Source: Candidatus Eiseniibacteriota bacterium | GTDB lineage: Bacteria; Eisenbacteria; RBG-16-71-46 | Length of the DNA: 59,284 nucleotides | NCBI GenBank assembly: GCA_041483195.1 | Contig: JBGPFC010000027.1 | Location: 1-59,284 of the forward strand | Direction: 5' to 3' | Shown: one piece after another, positions 50,124-59,284 of the stretch | How positions within the stretch are numbered: the first letter of the stretch is position 1 | How the letters are laid out: each line of letters begins with the position of its first letter | Notes under the pieces: generated by a model | Told to the model about the DNA's origin: nothing | Seen by the model: the letters and a program-made list of their open reading frames with translations, nothing else | Databases searched by the model: none | Made by a program: the position numbers and the translations under genes

Positions 50124-51083
50124 ATGCCAAGACCATTCAAAGAGCTGACCGAGCAGGAGATCCTGGCGTTGGCCATCTCCTCGGAGGAGGATGACGCGCG
50201 AATCTATGGCGACGTCTCGGAGGGACTGCGAACCGACTACCCCGCGAGCGCCGCGGTCTTCGACGACATGCGCGCGGAGGAGGTCGAGCACCGGCGCCGC
50301 CTGTTCGACGTCTACCGTTCGCGCTTCGGCGAACACATTCCGCTCATCCGCCGGCAGGACGTGAAGGGATTCATCCAGCGCCGCCCGGTGTGGCTGGTGC
50401 GTCCACTCGGCATCGAGGCGGTGCGCGGCCTCGCAGAGACCATGGAACTCGAGACCCGCCGCTTCTACGTGCAGGCGGCGGCGACGGTCACGCATGCATC
50501 GACGCGCGAGCTGCTCCTGGACCTGGCCGAGGAGGAGCAGAAGCACTCGGCGCTCGCGGGCGCACTGGCCGAGAAGCACCTCACTCCCGACGCGCGGGCG
50601 ACCGAAGCGGCGGCTCAACGCCGGCTGTTCGTGCTCCAGATCGTGCAGCCGGGGCTCGCGGGCCTGATGGACGGCTCGGTGTCGACGCTGGCGCCGCTGT
50701 TCGCCGCCGCGTTCGCCACCCATAGCTCCGGCGACGCGTTCCGCGTCGGGCTCGCGGCCAGCGTTGGCGCCGGGATCTCGATGGGCTTCGCCGAGGCGCT
50801 GAGCGACGACGGCAGCATGACCGGCCGCGGCAAGCCGCTGCTGCGCGGCGTGGTGTGCGGGCTCATGACCACGGCGGGCGGGATCGGGCACACGCTGCCC
50901 TTCCTGCTCCCGGGATTCGGGATGGCGACCGCCGTCGCCTCGGTGGTGGTCGCGGTCGAGCTGCTGGCGATCAGCTACATCCGCCGGCGCTACATGGACA
51001 CGCCGTTCCTCGCCGCAGCATTCCAGGTGATCGTGGGTGGCGTGCTGGTGTTCCTTGCAGGAATCCTCATCGGCAGCTCGTGA
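50124..51083 (+). CDS. mbfA: Rubrerythrin-like ferritin domain fused to VIT1/CCC1 transporter (iron exporter MbfA)
   Basis: [15 protein letters not shown], two EExxH motifs, [32 protein letters not shown]. Confidence 0.92.
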   Translation: MPRPFKELTEQEILALAISSEEDDARIYGDVSEGLRTDYPASAAVFDDMRAEEVEHRRRLFDVYRSRFGEHIPLIRRQDVKGFIQRRPVWLVRPLGIEAVRGLAETMELETRRFYVQAAATVTHASTRELLLDLAEEEQKHSALAGALAEKHLTPDARATEAAAQRRLFVLQIVQPGLAGLMDGSVSTLAPLFAAAFATHSSGDAFRVGLAASVGAGISMGFAEALSDDGSMTGRGKPLLRGVVCGLMTTAGGIGHTLPFLLPGFGMATAVASVVVAVELLAISYIRRRYMDTPFLAAAFQVIVGGVLVFLAGILIGSS

Positions 51084-51134
51084 GGGCGAGGCCCAGCACC
51101 GCTCGCGATCGTCTCGAACCTGGGGCGCGCCATA

Positions 51135-52412
51135 TCACCGGAGGCGCACGAACCGTGCGACCGCGGTCCTGCCGCCCGCGGTGAGCCGCGCGGCGTAGAC
51201 GCCGGGGACGAGGCCGCGCGCGTCCAACGAAACCTCGTGCGCGCCGGACGACCACCACGCCTCGGTACGATCGCCCGCTCTTCGGCCGAGGACGTCGAAC
51301 ACCTCGATCGAGGCAACTCCGGGCTCCGGCAGTTCGAACCGCAGGCGCGCCTGGTCCCCGAGAGGCTGTGGCCCGGCGATGGCGAATCGCAGGTTCCCGG
51401 GCCTGACGCCAGGGGCCACCGAGGTGATCTCCGTCGAACGACGCCAGAGTCCATTCTCTCGCGCCGCGTAGAGATGGGTTCCGCTCACGACCATCTGCTC
51501 GACGAATGCCGCGGGCAGGACGTCCAGGATCTGGAAGGTCGCGCCGTCGTCATCACTTTGCTCGATCACGCAAAAGTTCGGGATGTCGAAGGCCGCGAAC
51601 AGGCGGGGCCCCTGCGTCGCGAGTGCTGTCCAAATCACCGGGCCGAGCTGCGGGTTCGTCAGCGTCCACGGCTCCTCGCCCGAGACGCTGCGAAAAACGC
51701 CCGCCACCGTCCCGACCGCCCAGCCGGTGCCGGTCCACGCCACGGTTTGGGACTGAAGGCCCGGGTGAATCCCGACGTTGTCGAGATTGGATACGTTCCA
51801 GTCGGCGTCGCCCGGATCCCGAAAGAACACCATGCCATTGGAGCCCGCGGCAGCGAGCAGCCGAGTGCCTCCCAGCGCCAGATCGTTCACGTTCGCAGCC
51901 TGATTGGGCTCGAACGCGTCGCCGAACGGATGCCACGTGCTCGGCCCGGCGAGGCTGCGGACGTACACGCCCGCGCCCAGGGTTGCCGCGTACAGGCTGT
52001 CGCCGCGCACCTCGAAGTCGGAGAGATCGAGCTGCGAATCCAAAATTCCGCCCACCAGCCCCTGGTTGTAGGCCTGCCAGGTCGCGCCCAGGTCGTTGCT
52101 GAGGAAGACGCCCTGATCGAACGTGCCGGCATAGAGAAGGCCGTTTCGTATCAAGACGGCTTCGATCGCCCTCGCGTCGGCCACCGGAGTCGCCGAATGC
52201 AGCCAGGTGACGCCCGCGTTCGTGCTGACGTAGGTCGTGCTATCGACCCCCGCGGCGATGGTGTCACCGTCCGCCCAAAGCGAGTACACCCGCGTCGGCG
52301 GGACATCGGTCACCCGCGTCCACTGTGCCGATGCAGGCGCGGCGAGTACGAATGGGCCCAGCGCCATTGCACCAAACCCGAGGACACGACCACAGATTGA
52401 CGCAAATCTCAT
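51135..52412 (-). CDS. Secreted BNR-type beta-propeller protein with C-terminal FlgD/T9SS-CTD-like domain
   Basis: Signal peptide ending PASA|QW; STNAGVTW and SNDLGATW Asp boxes; ends EVFDVLGRR...LVPGVYAARL. Confidence 0.88.
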   Translation of the reverse strand: MRFASICGRVLGFGAMALGPFVLAAPASAQWTRVTDVPPTRVYSLWADGDTIAAGVDSTTYVSTNAGVTWLHSATPVADARAIEAVLIRNGLLYAGTFDQGVFLSNDLGATWQAYNQGLVGGILDSQLDLSDFEVRGDSLYAATLGAGVYVRSLAGPSTWHPFGDAFEPNQAANVNDLALGGTRLLAAAGSNGMVFFRDPGDADWNVSNLDNVGIHPGLQSQTVAWTGTGWAVGTVAGVFRSVSGEEPWTLTNPQLGPVIWTALATQGPRLFAAFDIPNFCVIEQSDDDGATFQILDVLPAAFVEQMVVSGTHLYAARENGLWRRSTEITSVAPGVRPGNLRFAIAGPQPLGDQARLRFELPEPGVASIEVFDVLGRRAGDRTEAWWSSGAHEVSLDARGLVPGVYAARLTAGGRTAVARFVRLR

Positions 52413-52485
52413 CCAGTGCTCCTTGCGTTGAGGATTGGTCTCGGAAACTCCGGACGCGAGAGACTCGCTCCGGCGCCCCGCGGAG

Positions 52486-52887
52486 TCAGTTGCTCGTGAC
52501 CGTGTGCGTCCCGCCCGTCACGTTCCAGTGCACGTAGCCGCCGGGCTTGATGCTCACGCTCGGGGGCGCGAACGACGTGCCGCTTGCCGTGACCACCGCC
52601 GAGTCCCCCGCACCGGCCACGACCGTGACGGTGCCGGTCATGCCCATGCTCACGTGGAAAATACAGTGGTACCCGACGGCGCCCGCGGTGGGGAAGACGT
52701 GCACGAAGGTGGCGGGCGCGCTCATGGTGCCGGAGTCGAACAGCGTGCCGCCCGGGCTCGGGACGCCCGTGGACCCGCTGCCGTAGGGATTCGTTGGGCT
52801 ACTGCTCTTCGAGCAACCGAGAACCGACGCACCTGCTAGGACGACGGACACCGCTACGATCGCAACGACTGGCCTGCTGAGTATCAT
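52486..52887 (-). CDS. Plastocyanin/amicyanin-like type-1 copper lipoprotein, apparently circularly permuted
   Basis: Lipobox VLG|C; YHCIFHVSMGMTGTV precedes FAPPSVSIKPGGYVHW...HTVTSN. Confidence 0.85.
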   Translation of the reverse strand: MILSRPVVAIVAVSVVLAGASVLGCSKSSSPTNPYGSGSTGVPSPGGTLFDSGTMSAPATFVHVFPTAGAVGYHCIFHVSMGMTGTVTVVAGAGDSAVVTASGTSFAPPSVSIKPGGYVHWNVTGGTHTVTSN

Positions 52888-53206
52888 GGAAGCCCCCGGG
52901 TGACCAAACACCCGACGGCCCGGCCGCGAGTGAAGGCCATTGGACGCCGGTCCGAGGAATGAGAACCAGATTAATATTCAATACGCCCTCTGTTTGGTGT
53001 GACGTAACTGGCGAGTGCGACGAACCTCGTAAACGTTTCCCACTGAATCGAAGGCAGGGCAAGGGCATCCAACGCGGCGCTGACACGCGACATGACGGCT
53101 GTGCCGTCACTTCGTTGAACGGGCCCACCGCTCGCGCCAATCCATTGACCCACTGCGTCACGAACCTGGACCGCGTCGTTGCGGTCCGTCGAGGAGTTTT
53201 CGCACC

Positions 53207-54967
53207 ATGCGTGCTGGATCCTTCTATTTTCTACTCGCGACCACGTTGGTCCTCGCGCCCGCCGCCCAACGACCCGCCTTCGCTTCCTGGCCCCCGTTGG
53301 GCCGCGCCCTGTGCACGGCCTCCGGCCTGCAGGGGGCCCAGGCAATCGCAACGGACGGCGCGGGTGGAGCCATCGTCACCTGGCAGGATCGCCGCAGCCT
53401 TCCTTTCAACATCTACACCCAGCACGTGCAGGCCTCCGGCCAGGTGGATGCCGCCTGGCCCACCGACGGCCGGGCCCTGATGACCGACCCACTCATGATA
53501 CCGAGCGTACCCGAGGGCGAGGAGTCGCCCGAGATCGTCTCGGACGGCGCGGGGGGAGCGATCGTGACGTGGGCGGACGGCCGGATCGACCTCAACGGAT
53601 CCGACATTTTCGCCCAACACGTTCTGGCTTCCGGGACGGTGGACGGCGCCTGGCCTTCCAACGGCTCGGTGGTGTGCGCGGCTGCCGGCGATCAAAACGA
53701 TCCGGTCATTGTCTCCGATGGCGCGGGAGGGGCGATCGTCATCTGGGTTGACGGCCGCCCCGGCGCTACCGTGAATGATCGCGACGTCTACGCCCAACAC
53801 CTGCTGGCCTCAGGACTCGTTGACCCGAGCTGGCCCGCGAACGGCACCCCGGTTTGCACCGAGCCCAAAGCCCAGGGGTCACTCGCCATCATTGGGGACG
53901 GCGGGGGCGGAGCCATCGTGACGTGGTCCGACTCGCGCAGCGGCAACCCCGGGGTGGACATCTACGCGCAGCACGTATTGAGTTCAGGCGTTGTGGATCC
54001 CCTGTGGCCCGCGAACGGCCGCGCGCTGTGCACCGCCCCGGGCACCCAGGCCGTCCCTAGGATCATCTCGGACGGAGGGGACGGTACGCACGGGGCCATC
54101 GTCACGTGGCACGATCTGCGCGACGGCATCAACCAGATTTACGCGCAGCGCATACTGGCCTCGAGCGCGATCGCTTCCGGATGGCCCGACAACGGGCGGG
54201 CCCTCGCCCCCAGCGGCTTCGATGAGGTGGATGCGGCCCCCGTTTCGGATGGCGCAGGCGGCGCGATCGTGGCGTGGTCAGATGCGCGCAACGGCTTCCT
54301 CAACGTGCGCGCGCAGCACGTGCTGCCCTCGGGCGTCGTGGACGCCGCATGGCCGGACACCGGCACCATGCTGAGCATCGCCGCCACGGGAGAGAACTTT
54401 CCCGCCATCGCTTCGGATGGCGTGGGCGGGGCGATCGTCACCTGGCAGGCTAGCTTCGACATCTTCGCCCAGCATGTCCTGGGGTCGGGCGCGCTGGACT
54501 CCGCGTATCCCGCCAACGGCCGCCCATTGTGCGATCTTCCCAGTCTGCAGCATAGCCCAGCCATCGTCGCGGCCGGGGCGGGCGGAGCGATCGTTACCTG
54601 GATGGACCGCCGCGACGGCGTCGACGACATTTACGCACTTCAGGTCTTGGCGGCGGGCACAACGGATGTCGATCCCGGGACCCGGCCGAGTGAGATCTCA
54701 TTCTCTCCCGCGAGTCCGAACCCTGCGCGCGTGCCGATCACGCTGCGGTTCGCGCTGCCGCGCGAGGAGCGCGTGAGGCTGGCCATCTACGACGTGAGCG
54801 GACGTCGGGTGCGTGAGCTCGCTTCCGGTGCTCGGCCCGCGGGCGAGCAGGCGATCGCGTGGGACCTCCGGGATGGGGCCGGGAACTCTGTTGGCGCCGG
54901 GCTCTACTTCGCGCGGCTCGAGGTGGAGGGGCGCACGCTCACGCAGAAGCTCGCGACGGTGAAGTAA
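53207..54967 (+). CDS. Secreted protein with eight DGAGGAIVxW repeats and C-terminal FlgD/T9SS-CTD-like domain
   Basis: GAGGAG RBS, signal peptide, eight repeats of about 60 aa (SDGAGGAIVTWxDxR...DIYAQHV..SG), then PNP...IYDVSGRRVR...WD...GLYFARL. Confidence 0.9.
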   Translation: MRAGSFYFLLATTLVLAPAAQRPAFASWPPLGRALCTASGLQGAQAIATDGAGGAIVTWQDRRSLPFNIYTQHVQASGQVDAAWPTDGRALMTDPLMIPSVPEGEESPEIVSDGAGGAIVTWADGRIDLNGSDIFAQHVLASGTVDGAWPSNGSVVCAAAGDQNDPVIVSDGAGGAIVIWVDGRPGATVNDRDVYAQHLLASGLVDPSWPANGTPVCTEPKAQGSLAIIGDGGGGAIVTWSDSRSGNPGVDIYAQHVLSSGVVDPLWPANGRALCTAPGTQAVPRIISDGGDGTHGAIVTWHDLRDGINQIYAQRILASSAIASGWPDNGRALAPSGFDEVDAAPVSDGAGGAIVAWSDARNGFLNVRAQHVLPSGVVDAAWPDTGTMLSIAATGENFPAIASDGVGGAIVTWQASFDIFAQHVLGSGALDSAYPANGRPLCDLPSLQHSPAIVAAGAGGAIVTWMDRRDGVDDIYALQVLAAGTTDVDPGTRPSEISFSPASPNPARVPITLRFALPREERVRLAIYDVSGRRVRELASGARPAGEQAIAWDLRDGAGNSVGAGLYFARLEVEGRTLTQKLATVK

Positions 54968-55032
54968 CGGCACTGACGGCGAACTAATGTGGTGGCGACC
55001 TGGAGTTCAGCCCGTCCGGAGAGCTGTTTGTT

Positions 55033-55310
55033 CTACTTGCCCAAATTGGGTGGCAGCACGCCCGCCTTGACCAGCTCGGGCAGGATGATCTTGTCCGTTT
55101 GGAACTTGATCACCTTCGTGTCGATGCCGTCGGTCGTGTTCGACATGCCCGACCACACGAGCCGACCCCCGTCGGGGGCGGTCCAGACGTCGGTCCGGAA
55201 GTTCGCGACCACAGTCCTCTCGACGCGATCTGGCACCTGCACTGCCTTCCAGACCGTATAGTACGCGCCCGTGAAGGGGCTCCGTCTGGTTTCCGCTTCG
55301 CGGCGGGAAG
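55033..55310 (-). pseudogene. C-terminal fragment of a hypothetical protein (DUF4136-like, tentative)
   Basis: Protein-like reading SPFTGAYYTVWKAVQVPDRVERTVVANFRTDVW..GRLVWSGMSNT, cut by an upstream in-frame TGA with no convincing start. Confidence 0.5.
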
Positions 55311-55343
55311 GTCAGCCGCGTGACCCCACCCGCCGCGGGCGAT

Positions 55344-56317
55344 CTAGTTCTGCAGGATGGTCCGCCCGATGAGCCGGTCCGAGCCCTTCGTCAGGACGTA
55401 CGACGCCGTCCACACCGCACCGTCGTCTCCCTTGAATCGCCAGGTCGAGCGCAGTGTGTCGCCCGAAGTCGATGCAGCCTTCTGCCATTGGGCGGCGAGG
55501 AGCGCCTGCTCGATGGCATTCATGACCTCCTGCGGCGCGGACTTCACGGTCGCAACCTGCCACTCCTCGTCCCAGTGATCGGCGTCGCCGACGCCACTAA
55601 TGCTCGTACCCCGCGCGTCGTCCGGGTAGTGAATCGGACCCACTCGCATCAGGTACTTGTCTGCGAGAGCGCCCCGGACGTACGGATGCTCGGGTCGCCA
55701 GTCGTACTCCATAGGTCGTCGCACATTCCGTGCATCGTGGTCGCGGGCTTGCCGTCCAGCAGCCCGGCCTGCGCGAGCCAGTAGGCGCCGTTGCAGACCG
55801 ACAGGGTGACGCGAGTTTCGGCGGACTTCTTGCGGATCCATTGCATGACGGAATCCGAGCGCGCCAGTGAAGGAACATTTCCTCCAGGCAGTAGAAGGAC
55901 GTCCACCCTCGGACAGTTCGCGAACGTGTAGTCGGGGGTGACCGTCTCGCCATAGGTCGTGTGCACGGGGTCGCGCTTCGCAGCCACGGTGACCACGTCG
56001 TAGTGCGCCAACCCGAAGACCCCCCACGGACCCGAGCAGTCGATGATCTCCACGCCCGGAAACAGCACGATCGCGACGGTCCCCATCACCTCGAACGCGG
56101 GGGCCTTCGAACCGCCCGCGGGACGTCGGATGAATGTCATGCCGCACGTCGGACAGACGCCGGGATGATCGTAGACCCGGTTGTCACACACCTGCCCGCA
56201 AGGAGGGCAGATGTATTCCGACGCCGCCGAGGACGCCGGATGCGCCGCGAAGAGCAGAAGGCTCGTCAGAAGCGCGCAGCCGAATGCGATGTGCTTCGAG
56301 GAGGCCGGTGGACGCAT
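55344..56317 (-). pseudogene. Secreted DJ-1/PfpI protein with N-terminal Cys-rich metal-binding module, broken by frameshift and probable deletion near 55713
   Basis: YICPPCG..CD...PGVCPTCGM, VAIVLFPGVEIID, LLPGG, SVCNGA, ATT; then jumps frame to MEYDWRP. The usual DG-x-x-ITxAG segment is missing. Confidence 0.8.
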
Positions 56318-56685
56318 CGTGGAATCTCCTCGCACGCTCCAGCTCGAGTCTTCGAAGACGCTGGAAGGCCCGGGCCGACCGTGGCAACAGCATGAACGAG
56401 CGCGGCCGGCGCAGCGGACGCTCCCCAAGGAAGAAACCGAGGCGGGCGTCCGAGTTCGCAGTGATGCTGCGGTCCGGGGGCCCGTGCTGTAAAGGACAAC
56501 GAGACCATGATTCCTGCCATTTGCGACTTCGAAGATGGCAAGGTAGTCACTCACCGGCTGTGCGATCTGTCGGAAGGGAGCAATCGGGCCTCGTTCGCCG
56601 GCGACTCGATCCCCGCCAGCGTCCAGGCAATTGAACCTTTCCGGCCCTGGGAGACTCCTCTCAAGCAGGACGGAGGGAGGCCGCG

Positions 56686-57240
56686 ATGTCGGATCGAGTC
56701 GATGTGCTGCGAAGCCGCTGGCTCCTGCTCCGCAATCGCCAGGGCGATCGGGCGGCGCTGGGCGGGCTCGTGAGCCTGTGGGAGCGCCCGCTGCTCTACT
56801 ACCTGCGGCGACTGCTCGATTCCGAGGAAGACGCCTGGGATGCGGTGCAGGAAACCTGGCTGATCGTGGTGCGCGAGCTGCCGCGGCTGCGGGACGACGC
56901 GGCGTTCCCGGCCTGGGTCTACACCATCGCCCGGCGCGTCGCGTTCCGGGCGCGGCAACGCTCGCGCCCGACCCTGGAGCTTCCGAACGACGATCATCCG
57001 GATGCGCCGGTGGTCGGGGAGGAGGAGCCGTCGCTCGCGGGGTTCGATCCGCTCGACATCCATCGAGGGCTCGCCCGGCTCGGGCTCGTCCATCGCGACG
57101 TGCTCACGCTCCGCGTGCTCGAAGGATTCTCGATCGCCGAGATCGCGGCGATCACCGGAGTGGTCGAAGGCACGGTCAAGTCGCGGCTCTTCCACGCGAA
57201 GCGCGCGATGCGAACGATGCTGGAAGGAGGTTCGTCGTGA
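56686..57240 (+). CDS. ECF RNA polymerase sigma factor
   Basis: DAWDAVQETW, FPAWVYTIARR (region 2); FSIAEIAAITGVVEGTVKSRLFHAK (region 4); GGAGG RBS. Confidence 0.95.
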   Translation: MSDRVDVLRSRWLLLRNRQGDRAALGGLVSLWERPLLYYLRRLLDSEEDAWDAVQETWLIVVRELPRLRDDAAFPAWVYTIARRVAFRARQRSRPTLELPNDDHPDAPVVGEEEPSLAGFDPLDIHRGLARLGLVHRDVLTLRVLEGFSIAEIAAITGVVEGTVKSRLFHAKRAMRTMLEGGSS

Positions 57241-57797
57241 AATCGTCGATGAAGGAAGCGCTGCTCCGCGTCGAGGCGCGCGATCCGGCGCTCGAGGAAC
57301 GGTATCGCGCGCGGCTGCGCGGGCTCACCGAGCGCCGGCTCGGCCCTGCCGCCCGGATTGTGCATGCCGGGGGACTCGTCATCGGGCTCGCACTCTCGAT
57401 CCGCTTCGTCCAACTCATGGTCTCGCTCCACGCCGCCGGAAGGGCGGAGCAGTGGATCGGCCTCGGGGTCGGGCTCGCGTTCAGCGTGTGCTGGGCGCTG
57501 GCGGAGGCGGCGGTGCTGCGAGCCGGGGTCGAGCGGTTGTTCTCGCACGGCGCGATTCGCACCGCACTGGTCGTGACGTTCACGTTCGTGCTCGCGGGGC
57601 TGATGCTGTGGGCCGGGATCCAGTCGGCCAATCCCACCCGCGGAATGCATCTCATCCTGTTCGGACTCGTCTTCTGGTGCGCGCTCGGGCTGCCGTTCCT
57701 GATGGCGCATCTCGTGAAATCGAGCGAAGTGCGCGTGCGGGCGTCGCTGCTCGAACTCGAGCTGGCACGCGCCGAAGCGCAGGAGGAACGATCATGA
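57237..57797 (+). CDS. Four-TM membrane protein, putative anti-sigma factor
   Basis: GTGA overlap with the sigma stop; short cytoplasmic N-terminus followed by four hydrophobic helices. Confidence 0.75.
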   Translation: MKSSMKEALLRVEARDPALEERYRARLRGLTERRLGPAARIVHAGGLVIGLALSIRFVQLMVSLHAAGRAEQWIGLGVGLAFSVCWALAEAAVLRAGVERLFSHGAIRTALVVTFTFVLAGLMLWAGIQSANPTRGMHLILFGLVFWCALGLPFLMAHLVKSSEVRVRASLLELELARAEAQEERS

Positions 57798-58822
57798 TCC
57801 GATTCCGGAGCCTGGTTCCGTGGCTGGTGGTCTTGGGTATGAGCGCCGGCGCGGCCGCGCGCGCCGAGGCCGGCTTCGACGCCGATTCCGCCCGCGCCAG
57901 GGCGCACCAGTTGATGCCCGCGGTGGTCGAGAACCATCCGGAGCGGCTGTGGCGGGAGTTCGACGCGAACATGAGGGCAGCCCTGCGGGATTCGGCGAGC
58001 TTCGCCACGACGCTGAGCGCGATCCACGCTCAGACCGGTGCCCTGGATTCCGTGCTGTCGGAACAGGTCACGACGCCGCAGCCTGGGCTCTACGTCTATC
58101 GAGCGAAGTGCCGCTTCGCCACATCGCCGCTGCCGCTCGAGCTGGTCCTGGCGTTCGATGCGGACGGGCGCGTGAGCGGGCTCCTGGTGCGGCCTCCCAA
58201 GGACGAACCACGCAAGGAGTATCCGAGTTCCCATCTCGACTACCAGACCAGGACCACGCTGCGGCTCCCGTTCCGCGGGGAATGGACCGTGTTCTGGGGC
58301 GGCCGCACCCTCGACAAGAACTATCACGCGTTCACGCGGGACCAGCGGTTCGCGCTCGATCTCCTGATCATGCAGGACGGCGTGACGCACCGTGGCGACG
58401 GCACCCACCTGACCGACTACTTCTGCTACGGCCAGCCGGTGCTCGCGCCCGCGGCCGGCATCGTGGTGTGGACGCGGGACAGCCTTCCCGACCAGGTGCC
58501 GGGGCAGATGGATCCCGCGCACGCCACCGGCAACTCGCTGATCCTGGACCACGGGGACGGCGAGTTCTCGCTGCTCGCGCACCTCCAGCCGGGCTCGATG
58601 CGCTTCAAGGTCGGTGACAGGGTGTCGCGGGAGACGGTGGTCGGATTGTGCGGCAACTCGGGCAACACTACCGAACCTCACCTTCATTACCATCTCCAGA
58701 ACGGGCCGCAGCCGTTCCTGGCCGACGGGCTGCCGGTTCAGTTCACCGACGTGGTCGTGGACGGCAAGCGCGTCGCGCGCGCCGAGATCGAGAAGGGGTC
58801 GCGGGTGCGTCCGCCGCGCTGA
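57794..58822 (+). CDS. Secreted M23-family peptidase with N-terminal DUF3887-like domain
   Basis: AGGAGG RBS, ATGA overlap, signal peptide, NYH...RFALD, LLAHL, GNSGNTTEPHLHYHLQ. Confidence 0.9.
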   Translation: MIRFRSLVPWLVVLGMSAGAAARAEAGFDADSARARAHQLMPAVVENHPERLWREFDANMRAALRDSASFATTLSAIHAQTGALDSVLSEQVTTPQPGLYVYRAKCRFATSPLPLELVLAFDADGRVSGLLVRPPKDEPRKEYPSSHLDYQTRTTLRLPFRGEWTVFWGGRTLDKNYHAFTRDQRFALDLLIMQDGVTHRGDGTHLTDYFCYGQPVLAPAAGIVVWTRDSLPDQVPGQMDPAHATGNSLILDHGDGEFSLLAHLQPGSMRFKVGDRVSRETVVGLCGNSGNTTEPHLHYHLQNGPQPFLADGLPVQFTDVVVDGKRVARAEIEKGSRVRPPR

Positions 58823-58974
58823 GCGCGGCGGTGGAAGTCGGTCCTCGAAGGAGAAGAACCTCAGTTGTGTTACCGTCGCAGCCGTCATCGCCGAGACCGG
58901 GGCCATGTCCAAACGCTACCCCAGCGCGGCGGAATGTGACGCAACCCTTCTTCCGGAACTACCAGGATGAGAAC

Positions 58975-59284
58975 ATGAAAAGGTCGGGCGCGAGCCAGGG
59001 CCAGTCGGCATCGGAGCTGATCTCGAAAAGAATCGCCGAGCTCGGGGACTGGCGCGGGGAAACCCTCGGCAGGATGCGCAAGCTCATCAAGGAAGCAGAC
59101 CCGGACGTCGTCGAGGAGTGGAAGTGGATGGGCACCCCGATCTGGTCGCACGACGGCATCATCTGCACCGGCGAATCCTACAAGAAGGTCGTGAAGCTCA
59201 CCTTCTTGAAGGGCGCGTCCCTCAAAGATCCGGCCCGTCTCTTCAACTCGAGTCTCGACGGAAACGCACGCCGCGCGATCGACA
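58975..59284 (+). CDS. DUF1801 (YdhG-like) protein, runs off the window
   Basis: [55 protein letters not shown]. Confidence 0.9.
   Translation, partial: MKRSGASQGQSASELISKRIAELGDWRGETLGRMRKLIKEADPDVVEEWKWMGTPIWSHDGIICTGESYKKVVKLTFLKGASLKDPARLFNSSLDGNARRAID

Noticed and set aside
3882..50136. Long antisense or alternate-frame ORFs (e.g. 3882..5999 +, 7029..10058 -, 15785..18925 -, 25867..28545 -, 41755..43947 -, 47344..50136 -)
   Set aside because: They are R/A/G/P-rich or motif-free and overlap well-supported genes, as expected from stop-codon scarcity in high-GC DNA.
56507..56773. 88-aa ORF MIPAICDFEDGKVV upstream of the ECF sigma gene
   Set aside because: It overlaps the sigma gene out of frame and has no recognisable motif. 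At most it is a small remnant.

Overview
High-GC (roughly 70% by eye) bacterial window with no rRNA, tRNA or CRISPR array detected. Many secreted proteins ending in an FlgD-Ig/T9SS-CTD-like domain, plus several Ser/Thr kinase-TPR genes, suggest Candidatus Eisenbacteria or a related lineage (inference only). From left to right: the end of an IS1182-like element; a minus-strand run (methyltransferase, GT-C-type glycosyltransferase, two hypotheticals); YaiI; a SWIM-SNF2 helicase; an amber-interrupted secreted serine hydrolase; an M13 peptidase; a four-gene DUF11/Ig operon (15.2-28.9 kb); a sigma54-preceded type IV minor pilin/PilY1 cluster; a MoaD-like plus BNR propeller pair; a 14-repeat FG-GAP protein; ICMT; three intact kinases and one deleted kinase; MbfA; secreted propellers; a cupredoxin; a broken DJ-1/PfpI gene; ECF sigma/anti-sigma/M23; and a partial DUF1801 gene. 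The best candidate for a new system is the DUF11 operon, whose proteins carry complementary halves of a split DUF11 domain. The pattern is an outer-membrane anchor with donor only, a shaft with donor plus acceptor, a tip adhesin with acceptor only, and a small catalytically dead acceptor. This predicts a surface fibre built by donor-strand complementation, possibly locked by intermolecular Lys-Asn isopeptide bonds. The second highlight is an apparently circularly permuted type-1 copper lipoprotein. All family assignments come from motif recognition by eye, not from database searches.
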